A program made the translations under genes and the position numbers. The notes beneath the pieces were generated by a model. It did no database searches, was not told the DNA's origin, and worked only from the letters and a program-made list of their open reading frames with translations. A DNA stretch of 64,000 nucleotides from Mobula hypostoma. Lineage: Eukaryota. How positions within the stretch are numbered: position 1 is the first letter of the stretch; the number at the start of each line of letters is the position of its first letter. The DNA lies in contig NC_086108.1 of the NCBI RefSeq assembly GCF_963921235.1, positions 71,116,001-71,180,000 on the forward strand, in the 5' to 3' direction. Below are positions 1 to 11,249 of the stretch, in pieces.

Positions 1-969
1 TGTAGTAGTCGGCATTGGGAGCAGTTTTGATCACTGTTTATCACTGACAGAATGTGTCTTCTGACAGAAAAGGTATCTTACATCAGCAATCAGACTGCTT
101 TGTGAATTCCATGTCAAGATTTGGCGTGGTTTCATAATGTTTTGTGCTGTTTGTATTTTGTAGCCAGATGGAGTTTAAGCATGTGCCAAGTGACTAGAAG
201 GTCATGAGGAAGTATTGGAAAGGACGTTATGGACAAGATCTAAACTGAATTAGTTTATGATCTTGTGCAGCTAAACTAATCATGCGACAGTGTGGACAGT
301 GGTATTGCTTGGGGGGTTGTGTTTGCTACACCCATGAGTTAATTGTTTCCTTCAGAGTAATAATACTATTGAATATCAAACCAATCTGCCATAAAGATCA
401 CAGTACTTTCAGAATATTGTTGTTTCTTTCTCATATACACAATTCACTTGTGCCTGATTGTTATTGGTCATGTATTCTACATTGAAGTCAGGGATGGCTT
501 CATCAACTATTCTCTCAAACATTGATGACCTGTGATGTATTTCCATTTATGTGAAATTCCTGTTTTTTATCATTCATATTATGTAATATTTCATAAAATA
601 TTTTGAAATTTGTAATCCCACTTCAATTTTATTTTGGGGAATAATTCTGATCTTTTTATTTTCTTCCAGCTCATTTGTTACTCTGTGCATAGTCCCTATC
701 ATAAACAAAGATTTCACTCCTTTCCTGTGCAGAAATGTGTCCCTGGATTGGATTGATTGAGGACATGCTGCACAGGGCATCAAAGACAGGAGTTCAATAT
801 TATCACTGCCAGACCTTTTGTAGCATGGCTCTCTAGTGCACTGCCAAGCTACCTGTGTGGAAACTGAGGCACCCAATGAAGAGCATTTTCGATATTGAGG
901 ATTTGGTAATAACCTGGAGTTATTACCAATTTATGAATGATTTAATGAAGCTTTGTATCTAATTCTTAG

Positions 970-1036
970 GCTCTCAAAAGGAAGCCAGATTTATTTTTAG
1001 CAGAGAACTGTGATGTGAAGGCATTGTTTCAGTGCG
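970..1036 (+). CDS. IPO13: Importin-13 internal exon (ALKRKPDLFLAENCDVKALFQC+G); upstream exons lie outside the window
   Basis: cttag| acceptor, |gtaagt donor, 67 nt. Translation matches recalled human IPO13 ALKRKPDLFLCERLDVKAVFQC. Phase 1 joins the next exon as GGC. Confidence 0.93.
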
Positions 1037-3410
1037 GTAAGTAACAAAAATGTCTAGTACTAGCTTCATAGTTCTTAAGCTTTTTAATTTCTGTTCATAC
1101 TGTTAGTGTTGTTGAATAAGATTAAACTTAAGAAACCAAATTTTAACAAAAGTGAAACATGTCCTTCTGTATGTATAGTGTTGACATCCTGTTCTCTTTA
1201 TTTCCCCAAAATGCTTTTTTATTGTTTTGCATGTCTATGAGCAAAGCTTTCCAGAGTTCCCTGTGGCTTTTCAGACATCTCCAAGGAATAACTTAGAAAT
1301 TATTATCTCTGAATTATTAACCATTTATTGGATATGCACATTAAAAGTCCTTTTAAACAATATGATTTTAAGGTAACAAGATGACATGACAGGCTCACCA
1401 GTGATTTATAAACTTAATATATCCTTACTTGTAAGAACCATTTAATTTTCTCCTATTTTCTTATAACATTCTTTTTTCCATTTGCTTTCTTTCTCTTCCA
1501 GAAATGGTTTTGCTAGTATTTCTGTGAATTTCCACTTACAGGCAGGTTCATTAACCTCTGTGAGGGCAACATTCAGAACTTTGAAAGATAAGATGCCTGC
1601 CTTGAGAAAGAAAAGATAGTACCCAGCCCCTCTTTCAAAATGGAGGGATGGTAAAACGATGCTTTAAGCAGCAGTATGCTAAAGGCTTCCCAAAGGTGCT
1701 GCTCTAACTAAAAAAAACACTTTAAAAGTTAATATAGAAAATTAAGGATGTTAAATTGCTCAGTGGTGCGAAAAGAGTTGAAGTTGTATTGTGCTGGTGT
1801 CAGCTTTCACTTTCAGTGCCAATTTTGTTTCTGTATATCAAAGAACTAGTCACAATCATAAAGTAATTTAAATGTCCAGGTGAAATGAAATATTCTTCAG
1901 AACGCAAAGAAAGCTGCAGACCTCTATTGATAAGGTAATGGAACTAGATTGGTAAGTGATGTCTGGAAGGATTTAAGATTAGGTTTATTTGTCACATGTA
2001 CGTTGAAACATCAGATCTGCAAGGCATGCCCACAACTCACTATAACTAACTAGTACATCTTTGGAATGTGGGACGAAGCCACAGCCATAGCACCCATAGC
2101 ACATGGTCTTACGGCTAGTGCTGTAAACTGAAGAGCTAGCAATCAGAAATAAAACCAAAAAAAATCCTGGAAATACTCAACAGATGAGATAGCATGCAAT
2201 GATTATTTGAATGAAACTACTTCATTCCCACTTGGATGTTAAATGTTCTTGGGGCACTGATGTAGTGCTTCAGGTTATTAAGACAAAGCATATAAAGAGT
2301 AGAAATTGAAGCTTTCTTGAGGTGAGTTGTAGAATATACAGTATATGCCGAGAAGTAATAAGGAACCTGTGGTACAATTTTGAGTGTACTGTAAGCCATA
2401 CAGATCACATTCTGTGGATAAGGAGATTGCAACTTTAGAGAGAACACAATGTGGTCTGGTATGTAGAAGGACTTTTTTAAAGTTCTATGCAGTGATACTG
2501 ATTCCAATTATTATCTGTGTTGCACTGCCTTTGAAAGCTCATAGGTAGGGATGGTTAGAATATTGATTTACTATTTGTTTATGGTTGAATGACATTGTAG
2601 TCTATTCAGTTGACCATAAGCTTACCAGTTTTATGAAAAAGGTATCTATTTCGTACACCACTGATCATTCCAAATTTCTTTTTCAAAAGAGGAAAAGGAT
2701 GTATATTTGAAGTTATTACTGAATCTGCTTCCATCACCCTCTCAGGCAAAGTTATTCAAATCACTACTCATTTACTAATACGTATTATAAAATACAATTG
2801 CAGTAATGTCTTATCTGTTCCTCTCTAGTTCTTTTGCCAATTGTCTGAAACGTCTATCCTCTGGTTACTGACATTCAAGTTTGTAGAAACAATTTATCCT
2901 TATTGAATCAAATTCTTTGATAAATGTAAACACCAATAATAATCCATTTATTTATTTTTGCTGTAAGGAGACATTCCCAGCTTCTCTAGGCTTTCCACAT
3001 AATGGGTCCTGTATGTCTGGTACCAGTCTCCTTTGCATTGCTTTTGGCTTTGACTTCATTTCCGAAAGTGCAATTTACTGAAATAAGGACAAATCTTTTT
3101 AGCTGAGGCATTGCACACGATCTAAAACATTTTTCAGTTTCCTTGGTTTTGTATGTCATTCCTTTAAAGCCTACAATCCCATAGTTTAGATATTCTTCAG
3201 TTTTGTGGGTTTTTTTATGTGCGCTGTTTCCTCTCTAAACAGGTAGTTTAGTGCAGTTTCCTAATTCCATTGTGTTGTAACCTGCTAAATAAACAAATGC
3301 AGAGTAATTTATAAGAGCAGCAAACTATTGCAGGAATTTTCTGTGTTTTCGCAAGTCTGACTCACTTCAGCACATGGTTTATCCACATTCCTGCCACATT
3401 ACAAACTCTT

Positions 3411-4380
3411 CATGAGAATATAAAAAATAGGAGAAAGTCACTTGGCTTCTCAAGCCTGCCTTGTCAGTCAATAAGATGATGGCTGAACCGCCTGATCTGC
3501 CTCAGGCTTCATTTTTCCTGTGCCAATTCCCACCCCTCCCACCCCCCTCCTCCTCCTTCCCAGCCCTCTTGGAAGGATTCCGGAGGTTGACCACACTGAC
3601 AAATTCCTGTATTCCTAGGGTTTAAATGCCAGCCCCCTAATCTTGTTTGAGATTCTCCCACCACTGGATAACTTTCAGTGCTGTCTTCATAAAGATATCA
3701 GCTCATTCTCCTTAATTCCAAATAATGAAGATATAGTTTCTTAAGTCATTCATGATAGGACAACCCCCTTCTCCCAGGATTAGTTTAGTGAATCTCTTCT
3801 GGACTATTCCCAATGCCGTTATATGCATTCTTAAATCATCATCATCATCATCATTTGCCGTGTTGTATGATGTAGGTGATCATGGTCTATGACCATGATT
3901 GTTCTAGGCAAATTTTTCTACAGAAGTGGCTTGCCATTGCCTTCTGGGCAGTGTCTTTACAAGACCATTATCAATATTCTTCAGAGATTGCCTGGTGTCA
4001 GTGGTCACATAACCAGGACTCGTGATATGTACCAGCTACTCATAAGACCATCCACCACTGCTCCCATGATTTCATATGACCCTGATCGGGTGGCTAAGCA
4101 GTTGTTACACTTTGCCCAAGGGTGACCTGCAGGCTAGCGAAGGGAAGGAGCGCCATACACCTTCTTTGGTAGAGACGTATCTCCACCCTGCCACCCATCA
4201 TTCTTAAAAAAAAGGACCTAAATTCTATACAGTACTCTAGGTGTGGCCTCACCAGTACTATGTACAATTGTAACAATACTTTCCTGATTCTAATCTCCAA
4301 TTCTCTTGCAATAAAAGTCGATATCTCAAGTTACTTGCTGTACCTTCTTGCTATTAATTTTCACGTAGAGAGCAACTGGC
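3411..4380 (-). mobile_element. Old degenerate CR1 LINE 3' part, interrupted by a short element and by a young CR1
   Basis: Minus-strand ORF 4094..4300 contains LVRPHLEYC; CR1-type 3' UTR near 3411-3500. Confidence 0.7.
3836..4198 (-). mobile_element. 363-bp non-autonomous retroposon with RTE-like 3' end and (TGA)n tail; 10-bp TSD CATTCTTAAA
   Basis: TSD at 3826-3835 and 4199-4208; (CAT)n tail; gaagtggcttgccattgccttct resembles RTE/BovB-associated SINE sequence; no tRNA A/B boxes seen. Confidence 0.8.
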
Positions 4381-4384
4381 TTTA

Positions 4385-6973
4385 GTGGAACACGCAATAG
4401 AAAGGAAGGACATAAGCCGGGAAGATGTGGAATCGATATGGGTAGAGCTGCGTAACACTAAGGGGCAGAAGACGCTGGTGGGAGTTGTGTACAGGCCACC
4501 TAACAGTAGTAGTGAGGTCGGAGATGGTATTAAACAGGAAATTAGAAATGTGTGCAATAAAGGAACAGCAGTTATAATGGGTGACTTCAATCTACATGTA
4601 GACTGGGTGAACCAAATTGGTAAAGGTGCTGAGGAAGAGGATTTCTTGGAATGTATGCGGGATGGTTTTTTGAACCAACATGTCGAGGAACCGACTAGAG
4701 AGCAGGCTATTCTGGACTGGGTTTTGAGCAATGAGGAAGGGTTAATTAGCGATCTTGTCGTGAGAGGCCCCTTGGGTAAGAGTGACCATAATATGGTGGA
4801 ATTCTTCATTAACATGGAGAGTGACGTAGTTAATTCAGAAACAAAGGTTCTGAACTTAAAGAGGGGTAACTTTGAAGGTATGAGACATGAATTAGCTAAG
4901 CTAGACTGGCAAATGACACTTCAAGGATTGACGGTGGATATGCAATGGCAGGCATTTAAAGGTTGCATGGATGAACTACAACAATTGTTCATCCCAGTTT
5001 GGCAAAAGAATAAATCAAGGAAGGTAGTGCACCCGTGGCTGACAAGAGAAATTAGGGATAGTATCAATTCCAAAGAAGTAGCATACAAATTAGCCAGAGA
5101 AAGTGGCTCACCTGAGGACTGGGAGAAATTCAGAGTTCAGCAGAGGAGGACAAAGGGCTTAATTAGGAAGGGGAAAAAAGATTATGAGAGAAAACTGGCA
5201 GAGAACATAAAAACGGACTGTAAAAGCTTTTATAGATATGTAAAAAGGAAAAGACTGATAAAGACAAATGTAGGTCCCCTGCAAACAGAAACAGGTGAAT
5301 TGATTATGGGGAGCAAGGACATGGCAGACCAATTGAATAATTACTTTGGTTCTGTCTTCACTAAGGAGGACATAAATAATCTTCCAGAAATAGTAAGGGA
5401 CAGAGGGTCCAGTGAGATGGAGGAACTGAGCGAAATACATGTTAGTAGGGAAGTGGTGTTAGGTAAATTGAAGGGATTGAAGGCAGATAAATCCCCAGGG
5501 CCAGATGGTCTGCATCCCAGAGTGCTTAAGGAAGTGGCCCAAGAAATAGTGGATGCATTAGTGATAATTTTTCAAAACTCGTTAGATTCTGGACTAGTTC
5601 CTGAGGATTGGAGGGTGGCTAATGTAACCCCACTTTTTAAAAAAGGAGGGAGAGAGAAACCGGGGAATTATAGGCCGGTTAGCCTAACGTCGGTGGTGGG
5701 GAAACTGCTGGAGTCAGTTATCAAGGATGTGATAACAGCACATTTGGAAAGCGGTGAAATGATCGGACAAAGTCAGCATGGATTTGTGAAAGGAAAATCA
5801 TGTCTGACGAATCTCATAGAATTTTTTGAGGATGTAACTAGTAGAGTGGATAGGGGAGAACCAGTGGATGTGGTATATTTGGATTTTCAAAAGGCTTTTG
5901 ACAAGGTCCCACATAGGAGATTAGTGTGCAAACTTAAAGCACACGGTATTGGGGGTAAGGTATTGGTGTGGGTGGAGAATTGGTTAGCAGACAGGAAGCA
6001 AAGAGTGGGAATAAACGGGACCTTTTCAGAATGGCAGGCGGTGACTAGTGGGGTACCGCAAGGCTCAGTGCTGGGACCCCAGTTGTTTACAATATATATT
6101 AATGACTTGGATGAGGGAATTAAATGCAGCATCTCCAAGTTTGCGGATGACACGAAGCTGGGTGGCAGTGTTAGCAGTGAGGAGGATGCTAAGAGGATGC
6201 AGGGTGACTTGGATAGGTTGGGTGAGTGGGCAAACTCATGGCAGATGCAATTTAATGTGGATAAATGTGAAGTTATCCACTTTGGTGGCAAAAATAGGAA
6301 AACAGATTATTATCTGAATGGTGGCCGATTAGGAAAAGGGGAGGTGCAACGAGACCTGGGTGTCATTATACACCAGTCATTGAAAGTGGGCATGCAGGTA
6401 CAGCAGGCGGTGAAAAAGGCGAACGGTATGCTGGCATTTATAGCGAGAGGATTCGAGTACAGGAGCAGGGAGGTACTACTGCAGTTGTACAAGGCCTTGG
6501 TGAGACCACACCTGGAGTATTGTGTGCAGTTTTGGTCCCCTAATCTGAGGAAAGACATCTTTGCCATAGAGGGAGTACAAAGAAGGTTCACCAGATTGAT
6601 TCCTGGGATGGCAGGTCTTTCATATGAAGAAAGACTGGATGAACTGGGCTTGTACTCGTTGGAATTTAGAAGATTGAGGGGGGATCTGATTGAAACGTAT
6701 AAGATCCTAAAGGGATTGGACAGGCTAGATGCAGGAAGATTGTTCCCGATGTTGGGGAGGTCTAGAACGAGGGGTCACAGTTTGAGGATAGAGGGGAAGC
6801 CTTTTAGGACCGAGGTTAGGAAAAACTTCTTCACACAGAGAGTGGTGAATCTGTGGAATTCTCTGCCACAGCAAACTGTTGAGGCCAGTTCATTAGCTAT
6901 GTTTAAAAGGAAGTTAGATATGGCCCTTGTGGCTACAGGGGTCAGGGGGTATGGAGGGAAGGCTGGGTTCTGA
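4385..6973 (+). CDS. CR1 LINE ORF2 (partial APE endonuclease plus reverse transcriptase), 5'-truncated, open for 862 codons
   Basis: VYRPP, GDFN, LDWVL, SDH (endonuclease); KSPGPDG, YLDFQKAFD, GVPQGSVLGP, KFADD (RT); no stops. Confidence 0.95.
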   Translation: MEHAIERKDISREDVESIWVELRNTKGQKTLVGVVYRPPNSSSEVGDGIKQEIRNVCNKGTAVIMGDFNLHVDWVNQIGKGAEEEDFLECMRDGFLNQHVEEPTREQAILDWVLSNEEGLISDLVVRGPLGKSDHNMVEFFINMESDVVNSETKVLNLKRGNFEGMRHELAKLDWQMTLQGLTVDMQWQAFKGCMDELQQLFIPVWQKNKSRKVVHPWLTREIRDSINSKEVAYKLARESGSPEDWEKFRVQQRRTKGLIRKGKKDYERKLAENIKTDCKSFYRYVKRKRLIKTNVGPLQTETGELIMGSKDMADQLNNYFGSVFTKEDINNLPEIVRDRGSSEMEELSEIHVSREVVLGKLKGLKADKSPGPDGLHPRVLKEVAQEIVDALVIIFQNSLDSGLVPEDWRVANVTPLFKKGGREKPGNYRPVSLTSVVGKLLESVIKDVITAHLESGEMIGQSQHGFVKGKSCLTNLIEFFEDVTSRVDRGEPVDVVYLDFQKAFDKVPHRRLVCKLKAHGIGGKVLVWVENWLADRKQRVGINGTFSEWQAVTSGVPQGSVLGPQLFTIYINDLDEGIKCSISKFADDTKLGGSVSSEEDAKRMQGDLDRLGEWANSWQMQFNVDKCEVIHFGGKNRKTDYYLNGGRLGKGEVQRDLGVIIHQSLKVGMQVQQAVKKANGMLAFIARGFEYRSREVLLQLYKALVRPHLEYCVQFWSPNLRKDIFAIEGVQRRFTRLIPGMAGLSYEERLDELGLYSLEFRRLRGDLIETYKILKGLDRLDAGRLFPMLGRSRTRGHSLRIEGKPFRTEVRKNFFTQRVVNLWNSLPQQTVEASSLAMFKRKLDMALVATGVRGYGGKAGF

Positions 6974-7070
6974 GTTGGATGATCAGCCATGATCATAATA
7001 AATGGCGGTGCAGGCTCGAAGGGCCGAATGGCCTACTCCTGCACCTATTTTCTATGTTTCTATGTTTCTA
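4392..7070 (+). mobile_element. Young 5'-truncated CR1 LINE in an IPO13 intron (sense orientation)
   Basis: Open ORF2, CR1 3' UTR (gaagggccgaatggcctactcctgc) and (TTTCTATG)n tail ending about 7070. Confidence 0.95.
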
Positions 7071-7510
7071 TCTCAGTACTGAATTCAATGTGACCACAGC
7101 CACAGTATTGTCTGGAAATGCAGCTTTTAATTTTGCATTAGGGTAAGAAGTGAAGGTCTTTTATTATTGAGATTGCTGTAAAATACAGAGATTCATTTTG
7201 TCATCTATGCTGGCCACAAGTTTACAACTCAAGAGCTGTACTAGCTGCACAGAACTATATATTCTGTGGAATAAAGCAGGATAGCATGGATAAAACTAAT
7301 ACATTCCAGGATAACTGCTATATCCAGGTTGTAGTACTCAGAACTAAAATAAATTATATGTGTCATAAAGACAAACAGTAATTAAGGCATGTCTTTATAT
7401 AGTGGGATGAGCTTTCATAAGTGTCATCTTTCTACCACTGACACTTTATACATATGTGTGTGCACAGTAAATGATGCTTGTAACCTACAATTAATTAAAT
7501 CTGTTCTTAG

Positions 7511-7569
7511 GCATTATCTCGTTGAAATTTCCAGAGGCTCCAACAGTCAAAGCAACATGTACATTCTTT
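7511..7569 (+). CDS. IPO13: Importin-13 exon ((G)IISLKFPEAPTVKATCTFF)
   Basis: ttcttag| acceptor, |gtaagt donor, 59 nt. Contains LKFPEAPTVKA of IPO13; phase consistent with both neighbours. Confidence 0.93.
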
Positions 7570-9475
7570 GTAAGTATACCTTATGTTGATGTGTGTATGG
7601 GGAGCAATATTGACATCCATTGAATTCATCTAAATGTTCAATTATAGCAGCTTTATTCTACAGTAACTGCAATTTCAATGAAATTGTCGCTGTACAAGAG
7701 ACATCCTATGGTGCAGCATGATTTTTGTCAGTGAGCTATTAACTACCATCACAAATATGATGTCTTAAAATTAATAAGTTCAGCTGTAATGTATTGAAGG
7801 CAATTCCCCTTTTATAAAATTTTCATCTCCTTGTTAATGCATTATGGTGACTGGACTTTAATTGGCAAACAACAGATAATTCTCTCTGTGTACCCCAAAT
7901 GATGAGTTTGACCACGGTGTGTAAGTAGAACCACACCTGACAAAGGCTTGTTGGAAGAATTCCAGGGATTCACCACACTATGAGAAATTCCTATATGCTT
8001 TGGTTTTGGAATCAGAGATGCCTCTTGAGAGAATTTTCAAAAGGAAGTATTAGTAGATTAAATGGATGTTTTTTCCTGAGTTTTATAAATACGAATATTT
8101 ATTTAATTTATGAAAAGTTTAAGTTTAGTGAAAAGTTGTGTAAATCAAGCATATTTTTCCCATTAGTTTTAATGCGTACATTCTGATTGCATTTCAGAGC
8201 TCAAGAATTTTGGTCAAGACAGGAAAGCACAATATATTAATACATTTATAAGAAATAATATATTTTATTAATTGAATATTCAAATAAGATAACAACACAC
8301 ATTAAGTACCTCTCTAGAGTACTCATTAAGTGCAACTTGCTTTCTTCCTTTGGCTTTCACTGACCTCTTTCTTTTTTCCCAATCGCCAAACTCTTGCTAT
8401 TTTCTTTCTCCTGCTTTAATCTCTGTATCTCTGCCCTCTTTCCTTCCAATCCCTTCCCCACTCCTCCATCCCTCCTCCCTTGAGTGTGTTCCGGTACTCT
8501 CGCCCTCCTTGATTTCACATACTGGCATGTGTGCTCACATTACACACAAGCAACACATGTATGCATGTGTACATATAGCCGTCCTGTGAGGAACCTGTAA
8601 GTTCACTATTTTAACTGTATTTTTTGACAAAACTGATCTCCACTGAGCTGGGATATTCATTGCCTGATTAAGGGTTGTTAACCTGAAATGTAAACTCTGT
8701 CTGTCTGTACAGATGCTGTCAGCCCTGCTGAATGTTTCCAGCATTTTCTGTTCTTATTTCAGATTTCAACATCCACATTTTTTTATTATTTTTACAAATC
8801 ATGGTATCTGGCATATTTGAACAAGATTTGTAGTTAACCAAAATCTTTTGGATGTTAGTAAGAACTATTGTGTGATTAAAATACAAATTTCTCAAAAATG
8901 TTTTGCGATACTTCAAGTGGCAAGTTGCTTTTTGTAAAATTGTTTTCAAAATGTTAATTTCACAATTGTTTAAAATCTTTTGGTAAATTAGAAACTAATT
9001 ACATGCAAGCAATTTATGTTAATAACATACATTAAATGTTCTTGCATATTTTAACCATAATCATTATGGATAGAGTATATATATTTTGCTGTTTCATATT
9101 TCAAAAGCTCTTTGTTGGTCAAGATATACCAATTGGAAGAATATTTAATGTCTCTACCCTACAGAAAATCGGGTTAAGATGAAATGCCATTGAAGTAGGA
9201 AATCAGTAACTCTGACGGTGTAATATTCTGCTGAATTAGCATTTATCTTATATTATTTGTCATTTATGTTCGTAATAGCACTCCCAGTCTTCCAAAGATA
9301 TGCATAGGCAGATTATTCATATTTTTGCATATTTATCTCTACATTGGACTGATTTTCAGTGATCTTTACGATGACTTGCAAATTAATATAGAATTCAAAC
9401 TAACAACAGTCCTACATGTTATTGAAGAATTTTAATTAATTTTTCTTCACTTGTCATTTCTGTTTACTTTGTTAG

Positions 9476-9565
9476 ACTGAGCTACTGTCACGTTGTCGGG
9501 AGATACAGCCGATTGGCTTAGTCGTCCATGAGAATGGAAAGCTGTTGCTGCAGGCTACTCTAGAA
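9476..9565 (+). CDS. IPO13: Importin-13 exon (TELLSRCREIQPIGLVVHENGKLLLQATLE)
   Basis: tttgttag| acceptor, |gtatgt donor, 90 nt, phase 0/0. Similar to recalled human TELLPRCGEVESVGKVVQEDGRMLLIAVLE. Confidence 0.92.
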
Positions 9566-10449
9566 GTATGTAATCATGACAAATGATCGAAAGTGGACAG
9601 ACACCAGCAGGGACTAAATCTTGTAAATTAAATTTAAAGTTAGTTGTTAGATTCACAGCATGAAGTGATGGGTCTCAAATGCACGATGAAGTGTTAGATG
9701 ATGTATTTTGTTGTGGAAAAATGAAAAACTTGCATCAGCTTGACAGAAAGTTACTGATAGTTGGTTTGCAATTTTCACATGTACTGAGGTACAGTGACAG
9801 AATCGTCTTGCATACTGTCCATTCAAATCAATTCATTACAGCAGTTCATTGAGGTAATACAAGGTAAAACAATAACAGAGTGCTGAATAAAATAGAATAA
9901 AACAGAGAAAAGGTGTAGTGTAGGTAGACAGTAAAATGCAAGGTCACAACGAGGTGCATATATTGTAAGATCAATTGTGTTTGAAAAGATGGCCATCAGT
10001 GTCGAAGAAACTTGATGCTATCTAGTACAAAGCAGTTTGCATCTCCTACTCTAAGCAACCAACCACTCCACTATTGCGTAGTGCAGCTCTAGTGTGTACT
10101 ATCTACAGGATGTACTGCAGTAATACGTAAAGGAACTGGCATCTAAACAAGAGAACTTCTTAACCCAAGAGCAAAAGCCCCATGAAATACCTGCCTTTTC
10201 CAAATTCGCCTACAAGTTGTATATGATGTTGATGTACTGTATATTCCATATTATGCAATCTTTTACTTAATAGGGTTGTGAAAGAGCACATGCTATGTAA
10301 ACAGCAATACTTCTTTAAGGCACATAGCTGATATCTCAGGTACAATTTCATTTTGAAAAAAGTACACCATGCTCTGAGCAAACAGCAGGAGGGTGGAAGT
10401 GTGTAATGGACCGTCCTGGCAAGAAATCAGTAAACTTCACAATAAGGTT

Positions 10450-10877
10450 CACACATCAAAGTTGCTGGTGAATGCAGCAGGCCAGGCAGCATCTCTAGGA
10501 AGAGGTACAGTCGACATTTCAGGCCGAGACCCTTCATCAGGACTAACTGAAAGAAGAGCTAGTAAGAGATTTGAGAGGGGGAGGGGGAGATCTGAAATGA
10601 TAGGAGAAGACAGGAGGGGGAGGGATGGAGCCAAGAGCTGGACAGTTGATTGACAAAAGGGATATGAGAGGATCATGGGACAGGAGGCCTAGGGAGAAGG
10701 AAAGTGGGGGGGGGGGGAAGCCCAGAGGATGGGCAAGGGGTATAGTGAGAAGGACAGGGGGAGAAAAAGGAGAGAGAGAAAAAGAATGTGTGTATATAAA
10801 TAAATAACGGATGGGGTACGAGGGGGAGGTGGGGCATTAACGGAAGTTTGAGAAGTCAATGTTCATGCTATCAGGTT
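10450..10877 (-). mobile_element. Penelope-like element 3' end / pseudo-LTR with hammerhead motif at 10509-10544
   Basis: Minus strand encodes the ORF end PDSMNIDFSNFR*, the same end as the GIY-YIG remnant at 31079-31429, followed by CTGATGA-AGG..CCT-GAAA. Confidence 0.8.
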
Positions 10878-11249
10878 TAGGTTTTCTTTTTAAGCTGTAA
10901 ACATCCATGATTCATTAGTTCCATGATAAACTAGATAGCCCATATTTCAGGAAAACAAAGTTTTCAACGCACAGTATTCTGCTGATGCTGGGAATCTTGA
11001 ACAAAATACTCATGTTGCTGAAGAAACTCAAAGTCAGGCAGCATTTATGGAGAGGATTAAATGTTATGGGCCAAGGCACTTCATTGGGACTGGGAAGGAA
11101 AGGAAAGGGGAAGAAGCCAGAAGAAGGTGAGAAGAGGGGAAGGAATACAAGCTGGCAGGTGATGGGTGAGACCAGCTGAGAGTGAAGGTGAGTGGATGGG
11201 GGAGGAGAAATGAAGTTTGAAAGTCTTCATTATTTCTCTGCTATTCATT

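Noticed and set aside
4347..4380. 5' inversion (twin priming) of the young CR1, since the minus strand reads PVALYVKINSK like an endonuclease motif
   Set aside because: Better explained as the continuation of the older antisense CR1 relic that the young element interrupts; the match is short and may be chance.
7899..7940. C/D box snoRNA (ATGATGA...CTGA) in an IPO13 intron
   Set aside because: The boxes are only about 40 nt apart, with no convincing terminal stem or recognisable guide.
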